From UHGV virus genome UHGV-1370261: 20,330 nt of DNA. The stretch is one strand, 5' to 3'. Of the stretch, positions 7,811-15,475 are shown in pieces. Below the pieces are notes generated by a model. The model saw only the letters and a list, made by a program, of their open reading frames with translations. It searched no databases and was not told the DNA's origin. Positions within the stretch are counted from its first letter, which is position 1, and the number at the start of each line of letters is the position of its first letter. The translations under genes and the position numbers were made by a program. The stretch is from a virus.

Positions 7811-9901
7811 ATGATAGAAACAACTCAAACTTCTCTTGATGCTCTTGTCTCTCCTTCAAGAGAGATAAAGGCCAAAATTGATTTATTTGATGGCACTACC
7901 AAGAAAGCTACTTTTACTGGTAGTGATAATATAAAGAAATTCCAAATTGAGAGAGCGGGCGAGGAAGGCAAGTTCTTTGGGTTTGGAATAGGCCAGAAGT
8001 TAGAACTGGAACTACTCGATAAAGATAGAGAACTCAATATAGTAAAAGGCAATACTTTTGACATTTATCTTACTGCTGATACTACTTATACTAAAATTTT
8101 GAGTTGTGAAGTAGATAGCATAAAGAGAGATGAAAAGACTAATAGTCTTACTATTTCCGCCCATGATACTCTTTATAAGGCCGCGGGCTATCAAGTCAAA
8201 GACCTCACTCTTACAAAGCCCTATACTATAAAACAGTTCTGCGAAGCGTGCGGGGCCAAGTTAGGAGTATCTGTAAAAGGTATAAATACCTTTACTTTAT
8301 CCTATCCTAATGGAGCTAACTTTGATGGGGCAGAAACCCTACGAGAAGCTTTGGATATGGTAGCCGAAGCCACGCAAACCATTTACTTTATGGATAGCAC
8401 TAATGCCATGGTTTTCAAAAAGCTGGATAAGGCCGGGCCCAGTCTCCTTACTATTGATAAGAACATCTACTTTGAGTATAAGAATAATGGGCCGAGAGTC
8501 CTAAAAACTATTTGCTCTACTAATGAATTAGGCGATGATGTGAGTGAAAGCGGGACTACTGGTGATGCCACGCAATTTGTAAGAGATAATGCTTTCTGGG
8601 AATTGAGAGACGATATAACAGATTTAGTCCATAATGCGGTTGTGGCAGTTGGCGGTTTATCAATCTCTCAATTTGAATGTAGATGGAGAGGTAATTTCTA
8701 CTTAGAGATTGGCGATAAAATTCAAATCCTTGGTAAAGACAATAGTTCTGCTATTACCTATCTTTTGAATGATACCTTGGTCTATAATGGCGGTCTAAAC
8801 CAAACAAGTTCTTGGAAGTATAAGGATAGTGGCGAAACCGCATCAAATCCCACTAACCTAGGTGAGGCAATAAAACAAACCTATGCGAAAGTAGATAAGC
8901 AAAACAAAGAAATAACCTTGCTGGCTTCCGAAGTAAGAACCCAAACAGAGACCATCAAAAAGACAGTAAAACAAGTTGATGTGGAATATTACCTATCTAC
9001 CAGCACTTCTACTCCTACTGGTGGCACTTGGAGCACAGAGGCCCCGCCATGGGAAGAAAACAAGTATATGTGGAGCCGTCAGAAGATAACTTATACTGAT
9101 GGAACTTTTGCTATAAGAAATGCTACTTGTATTGCTGGGGCAAAGGGGGCTGATGGAAAGCCTGGTTCCGATGGAGCACCCGGCCGGGGCATTACAAGCA
9201 TCACTACTGAATACTACATTAGCACAAGTGAAACGGAGTTGGTGGGCGGTTCTTGGAGTGAGAACCAACCAGTATGGGAAGAAGGTAAATATATCTGGAC
9301 CCGCAGTAAGATTGTGTATAATAACCCAACCTCAACTGAATATACTACCGAGGTATGCGATGCGGCTTGGAAAGAGATAAACGCCATCCAAGGCGAACAA
9401 AAAACCCTTATTACTGATGTTGCGGAATTGAAAGTCGCAAAAGATAGTATTACTGCTTCTGTATCTCAAATCACAGAAAATCAATCTGGTTTGAATAGTG
9501 CTCTTACTGACTTACAGAATGCGTTTACAGACCAAAATAAAATAAACGACGAGCAATTTGATACTCTCACTCAAAAAGTTGAGAGTAGCATGACTGCCGA
9601 CCAAGTTCATCTTGCTATTTCAACTGAACTCTCAAAAGGAGTAGATAAAGTAACCACGTCTACTGGCTTCACCTTCAACGAAGCGGGCCTAACCATCAGT
9701 AAATCTGATAGTGAAATTAGCACTAATATTGATGAAGATGGTATGAGTATTTACAAAAATAATGAAGAAGTGCTAACTGCTGATAATACAGGAGTCACAC
9801 AAATAAATGCGACCATCAAACAATACCTAATAGTTGGCAAAAATAGCCGTTTTGAGGATTATGGAAGCGATAGAACTGGTTGCTTCTGGATTGGCTCATA
9901 A
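7811..9901 (+). CDS. tail-associated / baseplate hub protein (Tal-like) with collagen-like G-X-Y stretch and duplicated ~40-aa module
   Basis: 696 aa in the position after Dit. It contains GAKGADGKPGSDGAPGRG (6 GXY triplets) flanked by two repeats of EYY(L/I)STS...GG(T/S)WS...P(P/V)WEE.KY(M/I)W(S/T)R.KI.Y. The C-terminal region is coiled-coil-like. Confidence 0.55.
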   Translation: MIETTQTSLDALVSPSREIKAKIDLFDGTTKKATFTGSDNIKKFQIERAGEEGKFFGFGIGQKLELELLDKDRELNIVKGNTFDIYLTADTTYTKILSCEVDSIKRDEKTNSLTISAHDTLYKAAGYQVKDLTLTKPYTIKQFCEACGAKLGVSVKGINTFTLSYPNGANFDGAETLREALDMVAEATQTIYFMDSTNAMVFKKLDKAGPSLLTIDKNIYFEYKNNGPRVLKTICSTNELGDDVSESGTTGDATQFVRDNAFWELRDDITDLVHNAVVAVGGLSISQFECRWRGNFYLEIGDKIQILGKDNSSAITYLLNDTLVYNGGLNQTSSWKYKDSGETASNPTNLGEAIKQTYAKVDKQNKEITLLASEVRTQTETIKKTVKQVDVEYYLSTSTSTPTGGTWSTEAPPWEENKYMWSRQKITYTDGTFAIRNATCIAGAKGADGKPGSDGAPGRGITSITTEYYISTSETELVGGSWSENQPVWEEGKYIWTRSKIVYNNPTSTEYTTEVCDAAWKEINAIQGEQKTLITDVAELKVAKDSITASVSQITENQSGLNSALTDLQNAFTDQNKINDEQFDTLTQKVESSMTADQVHLAISTELSKGVDKVTTSTGFTFNEAGLTISKSDSEISTNIDEDGMSIYKNNEEVLTADNTGVTQINATIKQYLIVGKNSRFEDYGSDRTGCFWIGS

Positions 9902-9914
9902 GGAGGTATGATAA

Positions 9915-11669
9915 ATGGCAACAAGTGGAATTGTAAAAACTAATGTAAAATATGGTTCATACTTCTGGGTAAAGTGGGAAATTAGAGGTAGCCAGGATAT
10001 TGCTAATAATAGGACTACTATTGCTTGGAGTTGTGGTTTACACCCAGAAGAACAATACTATACTAATGCGGTCAAAATGAACGCAGTTACCATCAACGGA
10101 ACTGAAGTATACAGCGGTGGCACTTATTCTGATATTACAGACTATAAAGACAGAACTTTTGATTCTGGAACCCTAACTATTCCTCATAACTCTGATGGTA
10201 GCAAGAGTTTTACTATTTCAGCGGTTAGTGGTTGGATTTATGATAATGGCAATTACTATGGGGAAGCCAAAAGTTTCACACTACCTACTATACCGCGGGC
10301 CAGTTCCGTTTCTTGTTCTACCGCCAATATCGGCAGTAATACGACAATTACAATCAATAGGGCCTCGACCTCTTTTACTCATACACTTACCTATTCTTTT
10401 GGTAGTTTGAGTGGAACAATCGCAACGAAAACGTCCAGCACAAATATTAGCTGGACTATTCCTACTACTTTCTATGGCCAGATACCAAATAGTAAAAGTG
10501 GAACAGGAACAATCACCTGCCAGACTTATAATGGCTCAACCCTAATCGGCAGTAAATCTACTTCCTTTACCGCCACAGTAAATGAGAGTGCTTCAAAGCC
10601 AACTCTATCACCAACTGTAAGCGATAGTAATAGCACCACTACTGCCCTAACTGGTGATAGTTCAAAATTCATAAAATACTATTCCAATGCGTCGGTTGCT
10701 ACTGGTGCCAAGGCGAGAAATAGTGCTACTCTTAAATCTCAAAAGATAACCTGCGGGGCCAAGTCCATTACAAGTGCCAGTGGGACTATCAACGCAGTAG
10801 AAAGCGGTTCCTTTACTTTTAGTGCTACGGATAGCAGAGGCTACACAACAACCCAAACCATCAATAAAACCCTAATAGACTATATAAAACTAACCTGTTC
10901 TATGGAAGCCGGGGCTCCTACCACCGCGGGCGTTGCTACGCTAAAAATTAGTGGTAATTATTGGAATGGTTCTTTTGGAAAAGTAGCCAATACTCTAACC
11001 GTCCAATATCGCTATAAAGCCCAAGGAGGCTCTTATGGTAACTGGATTGGTGTTACTGCTACAAAGAGTGGTAATACATATAATGCTACTGCGACTATTA
11101 GCGGATTAGACTACAAAACTACTTATGTGTTCCAGGCCCGGGCAGTAGACAAATTAGCCACAATCTCTACTGATGAGCAAGCCCGCAGAACTACGCCTAT
11201 CTTTGATTGGAGTAAGGATGACTTTAATGTAAATGGAACTCTAAAAGTAAATAATACAAATATTTTTGATTTGATTTATCCTGTGGGTTCTATTTATATA
11301 AGTGTAAATTCTACAAATCCTGGAACACTTTTTGGTGGTACTTGGGAACAGATTCAAGGTAGATTTTTGCTTGGTATGAGTAGTAGCTATCCAATGGGAA
11401 GCACTGGCGGTAGTAAGGATGCAGTAGTCGTAGCCCACACGCACAATCCAGCCAATGAGGCAGGATACTCCGGATTTATCACCAACAGCAAGAAGGCGTT
11501 CAGCATAGGTGATATGGGTTCTCAAAGTGGTAGTGGGAGATATTACCCCTTTGCCACGTCGGCATTTGATATCAGCCGAAATACTGCGACCGGTTCTACT
11601 GGTGTAAGTGGGACGGATAAGAATATGCCTCCTTATTTGGCCGTAGCTATATGGAAGAGAACTGCATAA
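9915..11669 (+). CDS. tail fibre / receptor-binding protein with C-terminal phage tail collar-like domain
   Basis: 584 aa, extremely Ser/Thr/Asn-rich (beta-rich) body. C-terminal IYPVGSIYISVNSTNPGTLFGGTWEQIQGRFLLG... matches the phage tail collar domain consensus (G.I......P.G.L.C.GQ.L...YP.LF..IG). It is the last structural gene before the lysis module. Confidence 0.6.
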   Translation: MATSGIVKTNVKYGSYFWVKWEIRGSQDIANNRTTIAWSCGLHPEEQYYTNAVKMNAVTINGTEVYSGGTYSDITDYKDRTFDSGTLTIPHNSDGSKSFTISAVSGWIYDNGNYYGEAKSFTLPTIPRASSVSCSTANIGSNTTITINRASTSFTHTLTYSFGSLSGTIATKTSSTNISWTIPTTFYGQIPNSKSGTGTITCQTYNGSTLIGSKSTSFTATVNESASKPTLSPTVSDSNSTTTALTGDSSKFIKYYSNASVATGAKARNSATLKSQKITCGAKSITSASGTINAVESGSFTFSATDSRGYTTTQTINKTLIDYIKLTCSMEAGAPTTAGVATLKISGNYWNGSFGKVANTLTVQYRYKAQGGSYGNWIGVTATKSGNTYNATATISGLDYKTTYVFQARAVDKLATISTDEQARRTTPIFDWSKDDFNVNGTLKVNNTNIFDLIYPVGSIYISVNSTNPGTLFGGTWEQIQGRFLLGMSSSYPMGSTGGSKDAVVVAHTHNPANEAGYSGFITNSKKAFSIGDMGSQSGSGRYYPFATSAFDISRNTATGSTGVSGTDKNMPPYLAVAIWKRTA

Positions 11670-11681
11670 GGAGGTGTAGCT

Positions 11682-11897
11682 ATGACTTGGGAAATCTTTT
11701 TAGGTATAGTTGCCCTCACTGGCTTTGTAATATCAATTGGAAGAATTGTAAGTATGAATACGAAAGCTATGCAGAGACTTGAAGATAGTATTTTAGAGCT
11801 AAACAAAACCATAGCAGAGGAAAAGAAAGACGTAAAAGAATTGGATGATGTAGTCCAAAACCACGAAACCCGCATTACCTTATTGGAGCATAAATAA
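11682..11897 (+). CDS. XhlA-like membrane protein (holin-associated haemolysin-like)
   Basis: 71 aa with an N-terminal TM helix (IFLGIVALTGFVISIG) plus a C-terminal coiled-coil. This is the architecture of XhlA-family proteins found upstream of holins in Firmicutes prophages. Confidence 0.55.
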   Translation: MTWEIFLGIVALTGFVISIGRIVSMNTKAMQRLEDSILELNKTIAEEKKDVKELDDVVQNHETRITLLEHK

Positions 11898-11902
11898 AGT
11901 AT

Positions 11903-11940
11903 GTGGCCCGCTATCACTAAAATCTATGGTAGCGGGCCAT
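11903..11940 (+). promoter_or_regulatory. Perfect 10-bp GC-rich hairpin (TGGCCCGCTA / 16-nt loop / TAGCGGGCCA) between xhlA-like and holin genes
   Basis: Pairing 11904-11913 with 11930-11939 was verified. There is no downstream U-tract and the holin RBS follows. Confidence 0.55.
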
Positions 11941-11963
11941 TAGAGCAAAAGGAGGATTTTATT

Positions 11964-12152
11964 ATGAAAGAGAAATTAGCAAAGCTGGTAAATGTAAAGA
12001 GTATCGTTACCCTAATTATTTGCGGTGTATTTGCTTATTTGTCTGTAATAGGACAAATTATGCCCGACCAGTTCCTAACTATTTTTACAGTTATTATCAG
12101 TTTTTACTTCGGTTCGCAGTATGGAAAAAAGGAGGGTAATAATAATGGCTAA
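11964..12152 (+). CDS. holin (small, 2-TM class)
   Basis: 63 aa from the ATG with AAAAGGAGG RBS. It has two hydrophobic helices (IVTLIICGVFAYLSVIG; FLTIFTVIISFYFG) and a charged C-terminus KKEGNNNG. The track ORF starting at 11901 adds only translated hairpin sequence. It overlaps the endolysin start. Confidence 0.7.
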   Translation: MKEKLAKLVNVKSIVTLIICGVFAYLSVIGQIMPDQFLTIFTVIISFYFGSQYGKKEGNNNG

Positions 12153-12804
12153 AGTATTTCTATCCCCAAGTAATCAATACGACAATCGCTACGCCTATGG
12201 AAATACTACCGAGGGAGTACAGTGTGGTAAGATTGCCAATGCTTGTAAGGTTGCATTAGAGAGAAGTGGCATCTCTGTAAAGCTAATGCATGACGAAAGT
12301 ATGGCCGAAAAATGCCATGCGTCTAATAGCTTTGGGGCCGACCTTCATGTTTGTATTCACACAAACGCCTTCAACGGCTCTGTAAGTGGAACTCGTATGT
12401 TCTGCTATAATGCGGATGGAAATGGCTACAAAGCCTGTAAAGCAATATTCAATGTATTAGCCCCATTTACGCCTGGAACAAGTGAAAGTATTAGGCCCGA
12501 CCCCTCTCTCTATGAAATAAGGGTTCCTTCTGCTCCTACTGCTTATGTTGAGTGTGAGTTCCATGATGTACCCAGCGTAGCAAAGTGGATTATCGAGCAT
12601 ACTACTGAAATTGGAGAAAAAATCGCAGAAGGCATCTGTTCCTACTTTGGTATTGCTTATAAGGCCCCGACTGCTCCAAAGCCCGCGGGCAATGTAATGT
12701 ATCAAGTAGTTACTGGTAGTTTTTCTGTAAAAGCTAATGCGGAAAAGAGGGTTCAAGAACTAAAAGATAAAGGGTTTGATAGTTTCATCCAAATCAAAAA
12801 GTAA
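12145..12804 (+). CDS. endolysin: N-acetylmuramoyl-L-alanine amidase (Amidase_3-like) with C-terminal SPOR domain
   Basis: The N-terminal ...FLSPSNQ...HVCIHTNAF...ECEFHD... region is typical of MurNAc-LAA (Amidase_3) catalytic domains. The C-terminal YQVVTGSFSVKANAEKRVQELKDKGFDSFIQ matches the SPOR (sporulation-related repeat) peptidoglycan-binding motif. GGAGGG RBS is 8 nt upstream of ATG 12145. Confidence 0.75.
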   Translation: MAKVFLSPSNQYDNRYAYGNTTEGVQCGKIANACKVALERSGISVKLMHDESMAEKCHASNSFGADLHVCIHTNAFNGSVSGTRMFCYNADGNGYKACKAIFNVLAPFTPGTSESIRPDPSLYEIRVPSAPTAYVECEFHDVPSVAKWIIEHTTEIGEKIAEGICSYFGIAYKAPTAPKPAGNVMYQVVTGSFSVKANAEKRVQELKDKGFDSFIQIKK

Positions 12805-12867
12805 TACGCCCTAAATTTTAGAGTTCAAAATTTTAGAGTAAAGGTAGTAAAAGTCTACTTATTATAT

Positions 12868-12903
12868 GGAAAGGGAAAGAATTTGTAGCCATTCCTTTCC
12901 CTC
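12868..12903 (+). promoter_or_regulatory. Imperfect GC hairpin (GGAAAGGGAAAGAAT / CCATTCCTTTCCCTC) after the endolysin gene, in the same sequence family as 1950 and 3789
   Basis: About 10-bp stem with one bulge and no U-tract. It shares the GGGAAAGG...CCTTTCCC arms. Confidence 0.4.
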
Positions 12904-12931
12904 GTTGGAAACCTCCTATTTCCTTACTCTA

Positions 12932-12972
12932 CCGCCCAGTTTTCAGCCGAACTGGGCGGTTTCCTCTTTTTA
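12932..12972 (+). terminator. Rho-independent terminator ending the late (structural-lysis) operon
   Basis: 9-10 bp GC stem CCGCCCAGT(T)/(A)ACTGGGCGG (12932-12940 paired with 12951-12959), an 8-10 nt loop, then TTTCCTCTTTTT. Confidence 0.75.
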
Positions 12973-13033
12973 GAGGGCCCGGGCTCTCAAAGAATTGCGT
13001 AGTAGGCCCGGCTCCTTTTAGAATTGAATGAAC

Positions 13034-13118
13034 ATACGAAAAATTTTCTGATAAATTTTTCTGATAAATTTTTCTGATTTTACCATATACGAAAAATTTT
13101 CTGATAAATTTTTCTGAT
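13034..13118 (+). repeat. Iteron array: five direct copies of AAATTTTTCTGAT(AAA) at 13-bp spacing in two clusters (3+2); candidate replication origin / initiator binding sites
   Basis: TTCTGAT cores at 13046, 13059, 13072, 13099 and 13112. The larger unit ATACGAAAAATTTTCTGATAAATTTTTCTGAT is duplicated. It lies in the AT-rich intergenic region between the late-operon terminator and the early promoter. Confidence 0.7.
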
Positions 13119-13144
13119 TTTGGATAAAACTACGGTTATTTTTT

Positions 13145-13366
13145 TCTTACTTTTCAGAAAAATTTACATGAGTAATATAAAGAATATCATTTGCGTAGCA
13201 GCAAAGCGTAGCAATAGATATTCTACTGGCTGCGTTTTCGTATGGGCCCTACGCTCGCCTTGGGGGCTCGCTGGGCCCAACAAAAGTAGAAAGAAGAAAA
13301 AGGAGTCCGGGCCAAGTAAGAAGTAGAAAGTAAGAAGTAAAATTTGAAAATTTCTGAAAAGTAAGA
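13145..13366. repeat. 16-bp perfect inverted repeat (TCTTACTTTTCAGAAA ... TTTCTGAAAAGTAAGA) flanking a ~190-bp GC-structured segment; the arms are degenerate copies of the iteron
   Basis: Left arm 13145-13160, right arm 13351-13366. The right arm forms the spacer of the consensus promoter. Both arms contain AAATTT(T)TCTGA, as the iterons do. Confidence 0.6.
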
Positions 13367-13372
13367 TATAAT
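13344..13372 (+). promoter_or_regulatory. Consensus sigma-A type early promoter: TTGAAA - 17 nt - TATAAT
   Basis: TTGAAA at 13344-13349, 17-nt spacer, TATAAT at 13367-13372. It reads rightward toward the Rep-like gene, and its spacer is the right inverted-repeat/iteron-like arm. Confidence 0.65.
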
Positions 13373-13562
13373 ATAAATAGAAAATAAAAAAATTTCCCAA
13401 AAAATTAGAAAGATTATCGTATTATTCCACTTATAAATGGAGGGCGAAGGAAGGAGTCATGACCTTTCCTAAGCCGCCAACACTATACCGCTCCTGTATG
13501 GCGTGCGGCGTACCCTCCATTTTTTATATATATAAAACTAAAATGGAGCAAGGAGAATTATT

Positions 13563-14030
13563 ATGGCACATTACGCAAATCAGAAAACATTTACAATTCA
13601 CCGCATCATTCCCGAAAGAGGGGGCGGGCAGTTTTTACAAATCTATTCAAAGAATATAGCAGAAGCTTCACGTGTTCTAACTCCTGTTGCTTTCAAGCTA
13701 TATCTTTATTTAGCAAGTAATCAAGACAACTACACAAAAGATTATTCTCCAAGAGACTTTTCCAATCTTTATGGTGTTTCCTATGATGCCGCTCGAAAAG
13801 CACCTCAAGCACTAATCGACGCAGGATATTTAGTTCAAACGGATAATGGCGTTGAATTCTTCGAAACACCCCAAGAGAGACGGCCCCGCCTCGTAGTTGA
13901 ACCAGAACGCCGCAAATATAAAAATTTTGTAATGACCTATGAGGAAGTCTATGAAGATTTGAAAGAAGGCGGATGGTTAGATTCAAGAATTGAAGACTTT
14001 TGGAATAATGAAATGGAGGTAATCAAGTAA
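13563..14030 (+). CDS. Replication initiator-like winged-helix protein (replisome organiser / RepA-like N-terminal domain)
   Basis: 155 aa. ...LTPVAFKLYLYLASNQD...YSPRDFSNLYGVSYDAARKAPQALIDAGYLVQTDNGVEFFE... is a wHTH pattern like the phage replisome-organiser / plasmid Rep N-terminal domains. It is the first gene downstream of the iterons and early promoter. AGGAGA RBS. The stop overlaps the next start (TAATG). Confidence 0.5.
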   Translation: MAHYANQKTFTIHRIIPERGGGQFLQIYSKNIAEASRVLTPVAFKLYLYLASNQDNYTKDYSPRDFSNLYGVSYDAARKAPQALIDAGYLVQTDNGVEFFETPQERRPRLVVEPERRKYKNFVMTYEEVYEDLKEGGWLDSRIEDFWNNEMEVIK

Positions 14031-14539
14031 TGGGCTTACTAAATGATTGTTTATATGAAAATAATATGGCTAAAAACGAAGGCCTGCGGGCCGTTGAAGC
14101 TATTATAGATAAGGAAAATTCTTTCAGCACTAACGACACTATCGACTTTTCAATTGAAAATCTTCCTTCTCTCCAAGAAGAAGAATACAATAACTTCCTA
14201 AAAGGTATCTACGCCGAACGTCGCTATTTTTTCACTCCTAACACTGACCGAACCCCACTAACAAAAGTCCAACTACTCCAAAATTTCGTAGATTTTTATA
14301 GTGAGGACTATTCCTCCGAAGAAATCCTCGCCCAAGTCGAAAAACACTGGGCTCGGGCAGATGTAGTCCCTACAAATATCGGAGATTTTTTATTCAATCT
14401 TTCGAATTACATGACTTTATCATATTATTGCTCCATAGCCCGCGGAGCCAAATCTTCTGTCTTTCGTAAAGAATACGAAAGATATATAGACGAAATGCGT
14501 AAAAAAATCAACGAAGCCCGGCCCTCAAAGAAAAGATAA
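14030..14539 (+). CDS. hypothetical protein, translationally coupled to the Rep-like gene
   Basis: 169 aa ORF with ATG overlapping the upstream stop. No recognisable motif. Confidence 0.45.
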   Translation: MGLLNDCLYENNMAKNEGLRAVEAIIDKENSFSTNDTIDFSIENLPSLQEEEYNNFLKGIYAERRYFFTPNTDRTPLTKVQLLQNFVDFYSEDYSSEEILAQVEKHWARADVVPTNIGDFLFNLSNYMTLSYYCSIARGAKSSVFRKEYERYIDEMRKKINEARPSKKR

Positions 14540-14696
14540 GTTCTCAAAAGGCCCGGCCCGCCCCGCGAAAATAGATATAAATAAAAGTAAAAGTATTTAT
14601 TTCTCTTTCAGAGGCTAATTATTATTTTTCTTTCGAATATCTTTACTCTCCTAACTTCTATCGAGGTTTCTCGTAAAGATTTTTCCATGTAGAAAA

Positions 14697-14729
14697 GGCC
14701 CTGGGCCCCATAAGGCCCGGGGCCGTCAT
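14697..14729 (+). promoter_or_regulatory. GC-rich 11-bp hairpin GGCCCTGGGCC(CC) / GGCCCGGGGCC, a possible terminator/attenuator between early genes
   Basis: Arms are complementary except for one G-U pair. Followed by GTCATTTTCG and a 14-bp AT palindrome AAAAAAGCTTTTTT (14741-14754). Confidence 0.4.
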
Positions 14730-14837
14730 TTTCGCCCAATAAAAAAGCTTTTTTAGTAAAAAAAAGTTTCAAATTTTTAGAGTCCTTTTTCAGTTTCTCT
14801 ACTTATAAATAGAGGAAAGAAAAAGGAGGAATCTCTA

Positions 14838-15326
14838 ATGGCAAACTACGATGGCTTTGAAAAAGCTTCATACTACGGAAATATAGGAGAGCGGGTCGCC
14901 CTCGAACTACTCGAACGAAATGGCTTTACTACCCAATACGTATCCTCAAACCCAAACTTTTTTACCGCGGGCGACATCATCGCTACAAAAAATAACCAAA
15001 ACTACTTTATCGAAGTAAAAACTGACACAACCGCCCATAAATCCCAAAACCTCGTTATCGAATTCACCTCAAATAAAGAAGCGGGCCGGGATGGCTGGTT
15101 TCATACCTCAACCGCAGATAAATTTTTCTTTTATCTAATTGGTTCTAACGAAATGATTATACTGGATGGGAACGAGCTACGAACTTACTACAAAAAGGCC
15201 CTAACCCGCATACTTGAAACTTCCCAATGCGACAACTGTTATACTTACAAAACCGGTGTAATCGGACTACTTTCAATATCCGAACTCCAAAAACTATGTA
15301 AGTCTTTCCGTCGTATTCAACTATAA
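14838..15326 (+). CDS. PD-(D/E)xK nuclease (YraN/Hjc-like; likely Holliday-junction resolvase / recombination endonuclease)
   Basis: 162 aa. ...YYGNIGERVALELLERNGFT...GDIIATKNNQNYFIEVKT... matches the G..GE..A...L...G(F/Y)...N....GD(I/L)I(A/V).....(F/V)(I/V)EVKT pattern of UPF0102/YraN and Hjc-type PD-(D/E)xK nucleases. Strong RBS. The position upstream of terS is typical for a phage resolvase. Confidence 0.5.
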   Translation: MANYDGFEKASYYGNIGERVALELLERNGFTTQYVSSNPNFFTAGDIIATKNNQNYFIEVKTDTTAHKSQNLVIEFTSNKEAGRDGWFHTSTADKFFFYLIGSNEMIILDGNELRTYYKKALTRILETSQCDNCYTYKTGVIGLLSISELQKLCKSFRRIQL

Positions 15327-15340
15327 AAGGAGGAATTCCT

Positions 15341-15475
15341 ATGGAACTAAACGAAGCTATGGCCTACCTACGGGACACTTACGGCGAAGAAGAAATCATA
15401 AACGAAATCACCTACCACTACTCTGATTTTCTTTATAGTCTAAACTACCTACTAAATAAGAGGCTCGAAAAGTGA
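15341..15475 (+). CDS. small hypothetical protein (44 aa)
   Basis: AAAGGAGGAATTCCT-ATG RBS. Stop TGA overlaps the next ATG (GTGATGATG). It is below the 60-aa cutoff of the ORF track. Confidence 0.4.
   Translation: MELNEAMAYLRDTYGEEEIINEITYHYSDFLYSLNYLLNKRLEK

Noticed and set aside
9120-9380. Plus-strand ORFs in alternative frames (9120..9380, 10195..10410, 7121..7318, 18938..19147)
   Set aside because: They overlap large structural genes in another frame and have no RBS. They are frame artefacts.
13120-13326. ORF 13120..13326 (68 aa, TTG start) and minus-strand ORF 13164..13400 in the origin region
   Set aside because: No RBS. Their translations are low-complexity (poly-K, poly-F/L). The region is better explained as non-coding repeats, palindromes and a promoter.
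13418-13428. DnaA-box-like TTATTCCAC near the early promoter
   Set aside because: It matches only 6 of 9 positions of TTATNCACA. There is no cluster of boxes.
14741-14754. AAAAAAGCTTTTTT 14-bp perfect palindrome
   Set aside because: It is pure A/T apart from the central GC and cannot form a stable stem. It is probably just part of AT-rich spacer DNA upstream of the nuclease gene promoter.
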